From positions 1 to 51,647 of IMG/VR virus record IMGVR_UViG_3300025978_000007: 51,647 bases of DNA; one strand, given 5' to 3'. How positions within the stretch are numbered: position 1 is the stretch's first letter; the number at the start of each line of letters is the position of its first letter. Of the stretch, positions 28,330 through 36,659 are shown piece after piece. The position numbers and the translations under genes are program-made. Source of the DNA: a virus (lineage: Duplodnaviria > Caudoviricetes). The notes beneath the pieces were generated by a model. That model saw only the letters and a list, made by a program, of their open reading frames with translations. It was not told where the DNA came from and made no database searches.

Positions 28330-29790
28330 TTATAATTTTATTTGTTCAACTCCTATTTCATCAGATGGCCATGCATCCTCATCCGATAATTCATTTCCCT
28401 CATATCCTATTTCATTTATCAATCTTCTCAACATTGATAATGAATCAGGTGCATCATCATGTTGATCTTTCTTTCCCTTGACATAAGCGGTTACTTGCTG
28501 CATGAACAAATCATAATCACTCCCGTCTTTATATCCTGTCGGATTGGTTTCTTTATTATAAGGCGAACGGAATACGATATGTTTCTTTATCCAAAAGGCA
28601 TCAGTCAATATTCTTGTTTCCTTGTTTGAGGTTGTTTGCTTCCAATAGAATGAAGTGTTAGGAACATCTTTCTCAATATTCTTTGCAAACAACTTACCTC
28701 CATTATTACTTTCAAATCTAGCAATATCTACTTTATTATCAATGAAGGCACCCTTAAGCATAGGTTCGGTAAGCTCCATCTCCATTTGGGTAAATATCAC
28801 ATCGGATAAGTAATACAAATTTCCTTTTTTCTTTGCCATCGGGCAAGATAAGTAATCCGTTCCCGTATCAGCCGTATCGCATACACATATATTAGATTCC
28901 CACATGGTAGGTTCGTCCGTGTAGAACATTAATTCTGATGCCTTGAATAGTTGACCCTTGATATCTATAGGTTTCTGCATGTATTCAGCCGACCAAGTCA
29001 TGGGAGATATCTTTCTTTTTGTTTTTAGATATTGATCAGTGCTTTGTACCTCTTCGCAAAAAGACTTGTTATCCTTATTCAGTGCAGGTATACTAACAAT
29101 ATAGTCGTAATCGCTTATATTACGACCTATTACATCGTTTTTAGTCCAACGGGTACCAATGTCTATCCTACAGCAATTACCCTCTAAACGTGATCCCATT
29201 GCAGACTCATCCCATGATACTATTCGCTCATTTGTCAAGTCCGACAAGGCATCTTCCATCTTTTTAAACAAGTCATCTGTTATTGCTAGTAAAGAAGAAC
29301 CAAAACCAATAATTGACCCCCCAACTCCGGCACCGAAATAAGAGGTTTGCTTTGCGGTATCTAAAGATATTTGTTTTGCATTGTTTATTTTAAGTGATAT
29401 TGAGTTTTCAAAGCATTCATGCCACTTAGAATCAGTCAACATCTTGCTCACATCTTTAGTAAGTTTCATATGTAGGTCAGCCGTACAGGTATTTCGCATA
29501 ATTGACCCTTCTGGGAAGTGACCCAACATAAAAGAGCAAAAAAGAGATGTTAAATAGCTTTTCCCGGCACGTGGCGGAGTAGATATAGCTATTCTTATCT
29601 GATTGCCAGTACTATAAGCATCATAAACCATTTGGAATGCCTTTATAGCTTCTCCTAATGCCTTGCGTTTAGAGAAAAAATCAACATCCCAATAAAGACA
29701 ATAAGACCTGAAAGAACCCTTTTTTGCTTCACGCCTCCAAATTTCTTTCTGTGCTTTAATGGCTAGTTCTATGTTTTCCCTATTATTCAT
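28330..29790 (-). CDS. terL: Terminase large subunit
   Basis: PPRAGKS Walker A, AITDD Walker B, DTADTGTD and HDDAPD nuclease motifs. Confidence 0.95.
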   Translation of the reverse strand: MNNRENIELAIKAQKEIWRREAKKGSFRSYCLYWDVDFFSKRKALGEAIKAFQMVYDAYSTGNQIRIAISTPPRAGKSYLTSLFCSFMLGHFPEGSIMRNTCTADLHMKLTKDVSKMLTDSKWHECFENSISLKINNAKQISLDTAKQTSYFGAGVGGSIIGFGSSLLAITDDLFKKMEDALSDLTNERIVSWDESAMGSRLEGNCCRIDIGTRWTKNDVIGRNISDYDYIVSIPALNKDNKSFCEEVQSTDQYLKTKRKISPMTWSAEYMQKPIDIKGQLFKASELMFYTDEPTMWESNICVCDTADTGTDYLSCPMAKKKGNLYYLSDVIFTQMEMELTEPMLKGAFIDNKVDIARFESNNGGKLFAKNIEKDVPNTSFYWKQTTSNKETRILTDAFWIKKHIVFRSPYNKETNPTGYKDGSDYDLFMQQVTAYVKGKKDQHDDAPDSLSMLRRLINEIGYEGNELSDEDAWPSDEIGVEQIKL

Positions 29791-30349
29791 CTTTCACTAT
29801 TTGTGCGTCTTCTACATTACTTGCCAATTCCTTTAGTTGTTCATCGCTGAAATTACTCATATCGTTGGATTTTTGGTTGTTTTCAGGCGTTTTATCCCAT
29901 CCCATAAGTCCGATAAGGGCATTTGCGGCACTAATTTTGTCATACAACAGTAATTCCTGCCCTGAACGAGAGTATTTTATGCCCCTGAAAGCCGTACGCA
30001 TCGATCTGCTCCACTCTTTCATCGGTTTGAATATAATCCTGCCCATCTCGTCCTCTTTATAATAATCAACCGCCTCAACGTCGATTACCCTTTTTAATGT
30101 AATAGCTACGTCTTGTCGGTTAATAGTCTTCAATACTCGTCTATCGTCGTAGTATTGGTTTATTTTTTTGATAACAAAATCATCTGTGCATAAGGATGAG
30201 GCTTTCTCCATTGCGTCCACGTCTGGCAATATATCATTGAACGCAATATTATAAGCCTTCGCAGGGTCTTTGCCTGAAGCAACTAACCTTGCGAAGGTAT
30301 CTCTCTTTTCATCGAGAGAGTATTTAGTTATGGAATTAAGAGTTGCCAT
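29783..30349 (-). CDS. terS: Terminase small subunit
   Basis: Upstream of terL; N-terminal HTH-like region (AY..AF), LYDKISA. Confidence 0.8.
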   Translation of the reverse strand: MATLNSITKYSLDEKRDTFARLVASGKDPAKAYNIAFNDILPDVDAMEKASSLCTDDFVIKKINQYYDDRRVLKTINRQDVAITLKRVIDVEAVDYYKEDEMGRIIFKPMKEWSRSMRTAFRGIKYSRSGQELLLYDKISAANALIGLMGWDKTPENNQKSNDMSNFSDEQLKELASNVEDAQIVKDE

Positions 30350-30369
30350 ATTTTATCCTTTTTAAAAGA

Positions 30370-30463
30370 TGCCCCTCCAAGCTAGTAGTCCAACGTACAT
30401 ATTTCAATTTTTAGCCGTTGGCGTGCATTTGCTACTTTTAAACTACAACGGGAAACAGGGGCA
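30370..30463 (-). ncRNA. Candidate structured RNA between tRNA-Asn and terS
   Basis: Nested stems TGCCCCT/AGGGGCA, GTAGT/ACTAC, CCAACG/CGTTGG. Confidence 0.45.
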
Positions 30464-30482
30464 ATGCGCTTTCCATCTAGAG

Positions 30483-30555
30483 CGGAAAATATAGGATTCG
30501 AACCTATGACCCTTCGCTTAACAGGCGAACGCTCTAACCTCTGAGCTAATTATCC
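30483..30555 (-). tRNA. trnN: tRNA-Asn(GTT), CCA not encoded
   Basis: Cloverleaf GGATAAT-TAGCTCAGAGGTTAGAGC-G-TTCGC-CTGTTAA-GCGAA-GGGTC-ATAGG-TTCGAAT-CCTAT-ATTTTCC-G; one U-U pair in the acceptor stem. Confidence 0.92.
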
Positions 30556-30652
30556 TTCTGCACCAACTTATATTTCTCGTGGTGCCAGAGTTTTGTTACA
30601 CTTATGTTCCCTAACAGTAACTTCTAGGAGCTTATCGCTCGAGCTACACCAA

Positions 30653-30829
30653 TTATTTTAGATGTGGCATCTCATTATATCCTTTGCACAGAAAGTCATA
30701 CTCGCTATAAGTCAACTCACCTTTGATATATTCTTGATAATATCTAGGTTTTGGACTTTGATTTACTTCTCTTATCGAACTACATGAGCACATAAGAGAA
30801 CAAATTCCGAAAAATATAAGTTTTTTCAT
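30653..30829 (-). CDS. 58-aa lipoprotein (not in ORF track)
   Basis: MKKLIFFGICSLMCS-CSSIREV...MPHLK*. Confidence 0.75.
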   Translation of the reverse strand: MKKLIFFGICSLMCSCSSIREVNQSPKPRYYQEYIKGELTYSEYDFLCKGYNEMPHLK

Positions 30830-30833
30830 TTGA

Positions 30834-30852
30834 CAAATATACTTATTAATCT
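30834..30852 (-). promoter_or_regulatory. Promoter -7 box with upstream AGATTAA
   Basis: AGATTAA-N4-TATATTTG, 4 nt before the lipoprotein ATG. Confidence 0.6.
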
Positions 30853-30879
30853 CAAATAATGATATTTTTTCACAAACTT

Positions 30880-31386
30880 TTATCTTATACCCAATCTTGC
30901 CAACGTCTTATACATTGACTTGATATTTTCTGCATAGTTCGGGTCAGTGGCATATTTCTTTGTCCCTGATTGCAATAACTCTACAAACTTAATAGGATCG
31001 TTTCGATACTTCCAAGCTTCGGTAAATCCTTCCAATACCTTATTGTGGTCTAAGATAGCCTCGTGTAAAGAATCATAATCCCTAAACCATAACTCTGCCA
31101 CGTATTTATTGTTTCCTGTCTTCAATTTGACACAAGAAACGATTCTTTCTCCTACTTGAAGAACAGGTTGTTTCTTAAGTATCTCGGTCGTTCTTATCAA
31201 TACCCGTTTCCCTTTCCATGAAGAGGTTGCCTTGACACCCCAAAGATTGAATTCACCTATCTTACTTCTCATCCAACCTGTCTCCCAGCATGCTTGTGCC
31301 GTAATGAACAATGGGGATACTCCACAACCGACCGCCTCATTGTAAATTCCTTGTGCTATTTGCTTATTCTTTTCACTCATAATCAA
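30880..31386 (-). CDS. Endolysin, GH73 glucosaminidase/FlgJ-like
   Basis: AQACWETGW, NLWGVKA, YATDPNY. Confidence 0.9.
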   Translation of the reverse strand: MIMSEKNKQIAQGIYNEAVGCGVSPLFITAQACWETGWMRSKIGEFNLWGVKATSSWKGKRVLIRTTEILKKQPVLQVGERIVSCVKLKTGNNKYVAELWFRDYDSLHEAILDHNKVLEGFTEAWKYRNDPIKFVELLQSGTKKYATDPNYAENIKSMYKTLARLGIR

Positions 31387-32132
31387 TATCCAATTTGTTT
31401 TTTAATTTTACTAATATCACCTTCGTAAGGGAGTATCACCATTTTACCTCCATCTGGTAACTTAATATGATAATTTTTTCCCTGATATTTTAAATCTGCA
31501 AAAGTCTTACACTCATACCACTCTTTAGATAAATATCCATCACTATAATGGCATATATCCAACGAGTACGTTACGCCCACTCCTACGTCTGACATCATAT
31601 TGTCAACCGCAAACATAACGTCATAAAAGTGAAATCCTTTTAAGCATTCATCAAACTTCTCTTTTATTCTATCACGTCTTATCGCAATAAACATTCCATC
31701 AACAGTACATACAGGTACCAAATCATTATTTCTGAATGCAGGAGAGAATAAGATATATTTAGGAGGACCTGGTTTATACTTATTATACTGAACCAACGTC
31801 CCGATACTTTGACCGCCTTTACCCAACCAACCCGATCTATCCCAAACGTTACTGCCCACCACTCCGATCACTCCATATTTCGGATGTTTCTCGAATAAGT
31901 CATAAATGATCTTATCAAATCCATTCGTTAAGATGTTTACGTCATTATGGCAAAGGATAATTGTATCGTTCTTACTTTCTTTAATCGCTTCATTATATGC
32001 CTTACAAATAGAGGTATATCCTAACTTAGGAATTACTTCTAAGTTAGTAATGCTCTTTTCATTGATATTATCCAGGAATTTTTTATCCTTTGATTCGTCC
32101 AAAGTGCAATATGCCAAACTAACTCCTATCAT
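31383..32132 (-). CDS. GT-A glycosyltransferase (GT2-like)
   Basis: SICKAYN, LCHNDV, VDGMFIA, GFHFYD; start moved to ATG 32132. Confidence 0.85.
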   Translation of the reverse strand: MIGVSLAYCTLDESKDKKFLDNINEKSITNLEVIPKLGYTSICKAYNEAIKESKNDTIILCHNDVNILTNGFDKIIYDLFEKHPKYGVIGVVGSNVWDRSGWLGKGGQSIGTLVQYNKYKPGPPKYILFSPAFRNNDLVPVCTVDGMFIAIRRDRIKEKFDECLKGFHFYDVMFAVDNMMSDVGVGVTYSLDICHYSDGYLSKEWYECKTFADLKYQGKNYHIKLPDGGKMVILPYEGDISKIKKQIGY

Positions 32133-32763
32133 ATCCAATGTAATTTCCACCGTTAACCTCTTCCTGAAATAATGGTTCATTCTTTTTAATGAGCCTATTC
32201 TTCTCTTCTTGCGTCATGTTCGGAATACTAGCCTCTGCATACATATCCATTGAGTGAAGATACATATTGATCCAAACAGGAGTAGGATAACCGGTTCCAC
32301 AATGACCTAGCAGCCCAGCTTTTTTTGCCCTAATCGAATAGCCTACATCTTCCCATCCATACCTGTCATACTTCTCGTTATAATATCCAATCGTTTCAAT
32401 GCATTTTCTATCCATAAAGAAGTATGCACCTATATAAGGGTTACGAGAGACTACCGTATCTCCTGAACCTGAAACAATATCTATTCCTTTAAAATCCAAC
32501 CCTGCCAAGTAATGTACGTCATATCTATTAGACCATTCAATGATTTTCTCTTGCCAACCATCAATAACAGGAATGCAGTCGTCATCAAATAGGAATATAT
32601 ATTCTTTTCCATCTTCATAGAACTTATGAATCAACTCATTCTTTGAATATGAAGATCCACGTCTTTCCTTATCTACAAAAATAGTTGGGAAATACTCAAT
32701 TAACCTAGGATCTACTTTACGTATCCCGCAAGTAACTACTCCAATTCCTACGTTACTTTCCAT
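32119..32763 (-). CDS. GT-A glycosyltransferase (GT2/GT7-like)
   Basis: IFLFDDDC DxD motif, IGYYNEKYDRYGWED. Confidence 0.85.
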   Translation of the reverse strand: MESNVGIGVVTCGIRKVDPRLIEYFPTIFVDKERRGSSYSKNELIHKFYEDGKEYIFLFDDDCIPVIDGWQEKIIEWSNRYDVHYLAGLDFKGIDIVSGSGDTVVSRNPYIGAYFFMDRKCIETIGYYNEKYDRYGWEDVGYSIRAKKAGLLGHCGTGYPTPVWINMYLHSMDMYAEASIPNMTQEEKNRLIKKNEPLFQEEVNGGNYIGYDRS

Positions 32764-33124
32764 TTATTACCTCCTCTACCAACATTTTAAATTCTTCAAA
32801 ACTCATTATCTCTCTTCCTTCACCACCTTGACCTTTCACTTTAGCAATGAACTCTAATTGCTCAGGGCGAAGTTTATCTGCTCCAACCTTTATATCCCAC
32901 GCGTGAAGTACTCCTTTAAAATAGAATACCAAGTCGGTTGTTCCTTTCATAACACCAATAGCCTTAAGACCTGCCATCCTTGCAGCACCAGCCGATCCTT
33001 GCATTGCCGTAGTCAAGTTATTATTCACTGCAAACATTAACCCCCTATATTCAGGGTATGTATTGTGAAACCAAAGAAAGCATTCGCTTTGCAGTTGGTT
33101 ATGGTTTTGCTTCTTCGGTTGCAT
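32753..33124 (-). CDS. VRR-NUC domain nuclease
   Basis: LQSECFLWF...G.TDL...DIK...EQ..F. Confidence 0.85.
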   Translation of the reverse strand: MQPKKQNHNQLQSECFLWFHNTYPEYRGLMFAVNNNLTTAMQGSAGAARMAGLKAIGVMKGTTDLVFYFKGVLHAWDIKVGADKLRPEQLEFIAKVKGQGGEGREIMSFEEFKMLVEEVINGK

Positions 33125-33521
33125 TTTTTTCTTCTTTTAAATTCCAAACTTCTGCTATTTTATTTGCGTACCACTCTGTCGTATATGCCCGATACTCATT
33201 CGAACTACTCTCTAGCCCGAAATAGTCCTCCATATGTTTGCATATGTGAGTACCTTCGTGGGTACATTCTCCTGCGTCAAACTTATCTGAGTTAAGAATT
33301 ACTAGATAACCAAAATGCTCACTTATTTTATCCTTTACTAAATATACAGTGGCATTAATATTACTAGAAAATGTACTAGCATTAAAATCTCTTTCATCCT
33401 CCTTATTTTCTTCTTCCGAAGTAGGATAGTAGATTTTAAACTTTTCCGTCAACTCTTTGTAATTCGTATTCTTTGCCACGAACAAGCACCGAGGGAACAT
33501 GGTTTCAAACTCTTTAATCAT
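33099..33521 (-). CDS. HExxH metallopeptidase-like protein
   Basis: THEGTH followed by E.RAY. Confidence 0.7.
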   Translation of the reverse strand: MIKEFETMFPRCLFVAKNTNYKELTEKFKIYYPTSEEENKEDERDFNASTFSSNINATVYLVKDKISEHFGYLVILNSDKFDAGECTHEGTHICKHMEDYFGLESSSNEYRAYTTEWYANKIAEVWNLKEEKNATEEAKP

Positions 33522-33544
33522 CTTTTTCTAATTTTTAATTACAA

Positions 33545-33552
33545 CAAAGATA
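33545..33552 (-). promoter_or_regulatory. -7 box of the leftward promoter
   Basis: TATCTTTG 23 nt upstream of the 33521 ATG. Confidence 0.55.
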
Positions 33553-33721
33553 ATTATTTATTTGTAAGCTAAAGTTAATCTATGGTTAAACTTGATTAAT
33601 AGAAACGGTTTTCTATTTTTTGAAATATTTTTTCGGGGATGGATGCTCGATTCTCAAAAATCTGAAAAGGGTAAGCACCCCACATCAATTAACTATTGTT
33701 AACATCAATTGGCTATAATAG

Positions 33722-33753
33722 TTTGGCGACGTAGTTATAATGTAGTATATTTG
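33722..33753 (+). promoter_or_regulatory. Major rightward (early) promoter
   Basis: TTTG-N20-TATATTTG. Confidence 0.8.
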
Positions 33754-33757
33754 TAGT

Positions 33758-33912
33758 GTTGATGAGATAGGGGTTCGCCGGTGGGCGGCCATGGTGGGCG
33801 GGATTTATCAACGGGTATTATAGATTAGTCGAGAGAGAAAGGATGCGAAAGCAAAACAGTTAAGACGGCTTTCGGCTAATCATTGTAATGCAGTCTACGA
33901 AGACGGTTACAA
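33758..33912 (+). ncRNA. Candidate structured leader RNA
   Basis: Three consecutive stems starting just after the -7 box, including a 13-bp stem enclosing a GAAA tetraloop hairpin. Confidence 0.55.
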
Positions 33913-33983
33913 GACGTTGAATGATGCAGAGTACAATATGAATATTATAAACAATTAAAAAAAGTCCCGCAAGGGCAAATGGA

Positions 33984-34211
33984 ATGAAAAAAGAAGGAAT
34001 TGAATTAGAAAGAGAAATAAGCAAGAGCTATTTTGCTTATGAAATATTAAAAAATCACGGCATCAATACAAAACGTGTTGGTGCTGAATTGTTTGCAGAA
34101 CAAATTTCTGCAAACACAAACAATGGATTGACCTTCAGCGAATGGCTGAAGGTTGACGAAGCACACAACATGGTGGGAGATGAAGAATTAATGGATTGGT
34201 TAGGATATTAA
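33984..34211 (+). CDS. Early hypothetical protein
   Basis: First ORF after the early promoter; ends WLGY. Confidence 0.7.
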   Translation: MKKEGIELEREISKSYFAYEILKNHGINTKRVGAELFAEQISANTNNGLTFSEWLKVDEAHNMVGDEELMDWLGY

Positions 34212-34231
34212 TTAATTAAATACATAAAGAT

Positions 34232-34435
34232 ATGAAGACGAAGACTTTAAGTGCTTATAAAGCGTCTTATAGACGCGCAAAAACCCAAACTGGTAAACAA
34301 AAAATCATGAATGAAGCAGTCAACAATTTGACTGCTAAAGATAGTAGAGCATTTGTCACCTGGCAACAGGATAGACAGGCTCAAGGTGTCGAAGAAGACC
34401 ATCAAAGCCATATTAACAATTCTTATTTTAAATAA
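34232..34435 (+). CDS. Early hypothetical protein
   Basis: ORF track; A-rich leader. Confidence 0.65.
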   Translation: MKTKTLSAYKASYRRAKTQTGKQKIMNEAVNNLTAKDSRAFVTWQQDRQAQGVEEDHQSHINNSYFK

Positions 34436-34472
34436 TTTTAACGCTTCGCTATCGGCATGACGGGCAAAAATT

Positions 34473-34853
34473 ATGGGGAAAATATTAAGCAAGGAAAACA
34501 CTCTTATTCTGAGAGCATGGGTAGAATTAAGTCATTTAATAGATTCTGATTTTGAACTAGAATCAGAACAAATAATCTCTCTTTTAAATAAAGAGGGGAA
34601 AAAGGCTTATTATTTGGAAAATAAGTTGGGAGCCTCTATTATTGTAATAGAGGGAGAAGAAAAATCAACAGTGGTATGCTGCTGGAATTTATTTGATACT
34701 ATATTTAATGATAGTGATTTTTATGTAGTAATAGGCGTAGACACCTCTCTGTTGAAAGATTTTGCTTTTTCGATAGAGACAAATTATTATGCAATAAGGG
34801 ATGCGTTTCACGCTTCCCTTGAAACTCATACTTATGAGATATTGGAGTATTGA
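34473..34853 (+). CDS. Early hypothetical protein
   Basis: ORF track. Confidence 0.65.
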   Translation: MGKILSKENTLILRAWVELSHLIDSDFELESEQIISLLNKEGKKAYYLENKLGASIIVIEGEEKSTVVCCWNLFDTIFNDSDFYVVIGVDTSLLKDFAFSIETNYYAIRDAFHASLETHTYEILEY

Positions 34854-34929
34854 TGAAAATATAGAAAAAGAATAAATAAAACGGCGTGCTAGATGCCAAC
34901 AACAAGTCCGTGGGCAGCGGCAAAAAAAT

Positions 34930-35082
34930 ATGAGTAATTTTATATGGTATAAAGGAATTCGCATTGAGCGAGTAGGAACTTTTAACAAGATGTATAAAGT
35001 TCCTGGTCTTCTAATAACCGAGTTTTTTACTTTAGCTAAGGCTAAGAGATATATAGATAAGTCTTATGAAAAAGATCGCTAA
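34930..35082 (+). CDS. Early 50-aa protein (not in ORF track)
   Basis: MSNFIWYKGIRIERV...TLAKAKRYIDK...*. Confidence 0.65.
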   Translation: MSNFIWYKGIRIERVGTFNKMYKVPGLLITEFFTLAKAKRYIDKSYEKDR

Positions 35083-35272
35083 TTGTAAAAGCAAAGCAGG
35101 CATCATTTACGGGTGCCTGTATTATTGTAGCGTTACAAGACGTTACGTGTATTTCCCGAAAGGGAGATACGCGGATGTCTACGAAAGTACAGAGATTGAT
35201 GGAATCGAAAGCTATCTATCAACTCTATCAATTCCATTATTTTTGAATTACTTAAAATTTTATAAAAAGTAA
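35066..35272 (+). CDS. Early hypothetical protein
   Basis: ORF track. Confidence 0.6.
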   Translation: MKKIANCKSKAGIIYGCLYYCSVTRRYVYFPKGRYADVYESTEIDGIESYLSTLSIPLFLNYLKFYKK

Positions 35273-35276
35273 AACT

Positions 35277-35465
35277 ATGAATAAAGAAACTAAAATGAGT
35301 TTGAAAGAACTTCGCTCGTTTTTGAACATTCAATCTGTGTATACAGATACGATGCTTCGGAATTTAATTCTGCGTAACGGATATTTGTGCAATAAAAAAA
35401 CGTAAGTAATTTGTGTTATCGATATATATAACGAAGTAACAATTTTCGAAATAAAGGAACTATGA
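35277..35465 (+). pseudogene. Small ORF interrupted by an in-frame TAA at 35403-35405
   Basis: Same frame continues after the TAA and ends in an ATGA overlap with 35462. Confidence 0.4.
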
Positions 35466-35659
35466 GAAGAAAAGAAGATTCGATGCGGGTTATTATGCTA
35501 GCATTAAAATGGATGTTTATCGCTATGCTGGCAATATGGATCTACTTAAATGTAGACCTATGTATAATAATAATGAGTTCTGGAATATCTCTTATTATTT
35601 TAATAAGTGTAATTCTTGGTCGCTGGCTTACTAAAAAAGGACATAATTTAATAAAATAA
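35462..35659 (+). CDS. Two-TM membrane protein
   Basis: Two hydrophobic helices. Confidence 0.65.
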   Translation: MRRKEDSMRVIMLALKWMFIAMLAIWIYLNVDLCIIIMSSGISLIILISVILGRWLTKKGHNLIK

Positions 35660-35661
35660 CT

Positions 35662-35835
35662 ATGAAGAGAATTGACAAGACGGGCGGATTACGCCCATAT
35701 AGGGGAGGTTTATACTTATTCATAATAAGTTATACCTCCGGACGGATTGAATACGCCACAGGGCGCCTAAAAAGACAAATACGGCAATACACTGATAAAG
35801 ATATTGAATCAATAACAATCGACTTGGAATTATGA
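35662..35835 (+). CDS. 57-aa hypothetical protein (not in ORF track)
   Basis: MKRIDKTGGLRPY...IDLEL*; ATGA overlap with the next gene. Confidence 0.6.
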   Translation: MKRIDKTGGLRPYRGGLYLFIISYTSGRIEYATGRLKRQIRQYTDKDIESITIDLEL

Positions 35836-36047
35836 ATATACACAGATTCATTATAATAGTAGAAGGCAAACATGTTGCCTTTTGCCAATACCCAGCGAAA
35901 TTGTATGGCTACAACACAATCGAACAAGCCGAAAAGGCATTTACCGAATGCTTAGGCAATTTACAAATAGGAAGATATACGGGTGCCGATCTTACTATCT
36001 ATGATACAGAGGAGTGGCACTATACTAAAATGGAAAAAATATTATGA
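35832..36047 (+). CDS. Hypothetical protein
   Basis: ORF track; overlaps both neighbours. Confidence 0.65.
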   Translation: MNIHRFIIIVEGKHVAFCQYPAKLYGYNTIEQAEKAFTECLGNLQIGRYTGADLTIYDTEEWHYTKMEKIL

Positions 36048-36658
36048 GAACTGGTACACCAATTGAACATTTCCCCGAACTCGTTAATCCGAAGCTACTA
36101 AACAAGGATTATTTCTTTAATATAGTGACTTCGGGAATATCAAGATTCGATTTTAGAAACATTGTATATAAACTTCCATCTGATGCAATAGATGTCTTGA
36201 TGGAAGGGTCAAGACGTTGGTATATCTGCACGCGTGGCATCCTTTGTTACGCGTGCAGTCTGTATGGTTATGTGAGGAAGACTAAAATTACTTACTATAG
36301 CAAATCTGTTCCTCCCTCCGAAAATAACTTGGGCGCAAAACTGTATTTTCTTCCTTGGGATAAGATCAAACAATATAAGGAGCCGCGTATTTGGTTTCTG
36401 AATAGACGGACGAAGCCATCTATGAAACAAGCTTACAAATGGTTTATAGCTGATAGGCTTAAGGCAAAGAGATTATATGACAATCCTTTATACTCCCCGA
36501 TGGATTATAGAGAAGAAGTGAAATATAACCAATGCAAGGACGGAATTTTTGTAGATTCGTCAGGAATTATATGGATCATCAAGGTAAATCAGAGCCATCA
36601 CTACTTTTTTGTACAGTGGCTATCCATATCTACTCATAATATACTAATAAAAAGGTGA
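36044..36658 (+). CDS. Basic, aromatic-rich hypothetical protein next to the putative origin
   Basis: ORF track. Confidence 0.65.
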   Translation: MRTGTPIEHFPELVNPKLLNKDYFFNIVTSGISRFDFRNIVYKLPSDAIDVLMEGSRRWYICTRGILCYACSLYGYVRKTKITYYSKSVPPSENNLGAKLYFLPWDKIKQYKEPRIWFLNRRTKPSMKQAYKWFIADRLKAKRLYDNPLYSPMDYREEVKYNQCKDGIFVDSSGIIWIIKVNQSHHYFFVQWLSISTHNILIKR

Positions 36659-36659
36659 T

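Noticed and set aside
33860-33885. GGCTTTCGGCT as part of the missing DGR template repeat
   Set aside because: The match to the VR 3' end is only about 8 nt, upstream sequence does not align, and it forms one arm of a local stem.
33823-33912. c-di-GMP-I riboswitch
   Set aside because: A GAAA tetraloop and second stem are present, but I could not place the conserved junction nucleotides.
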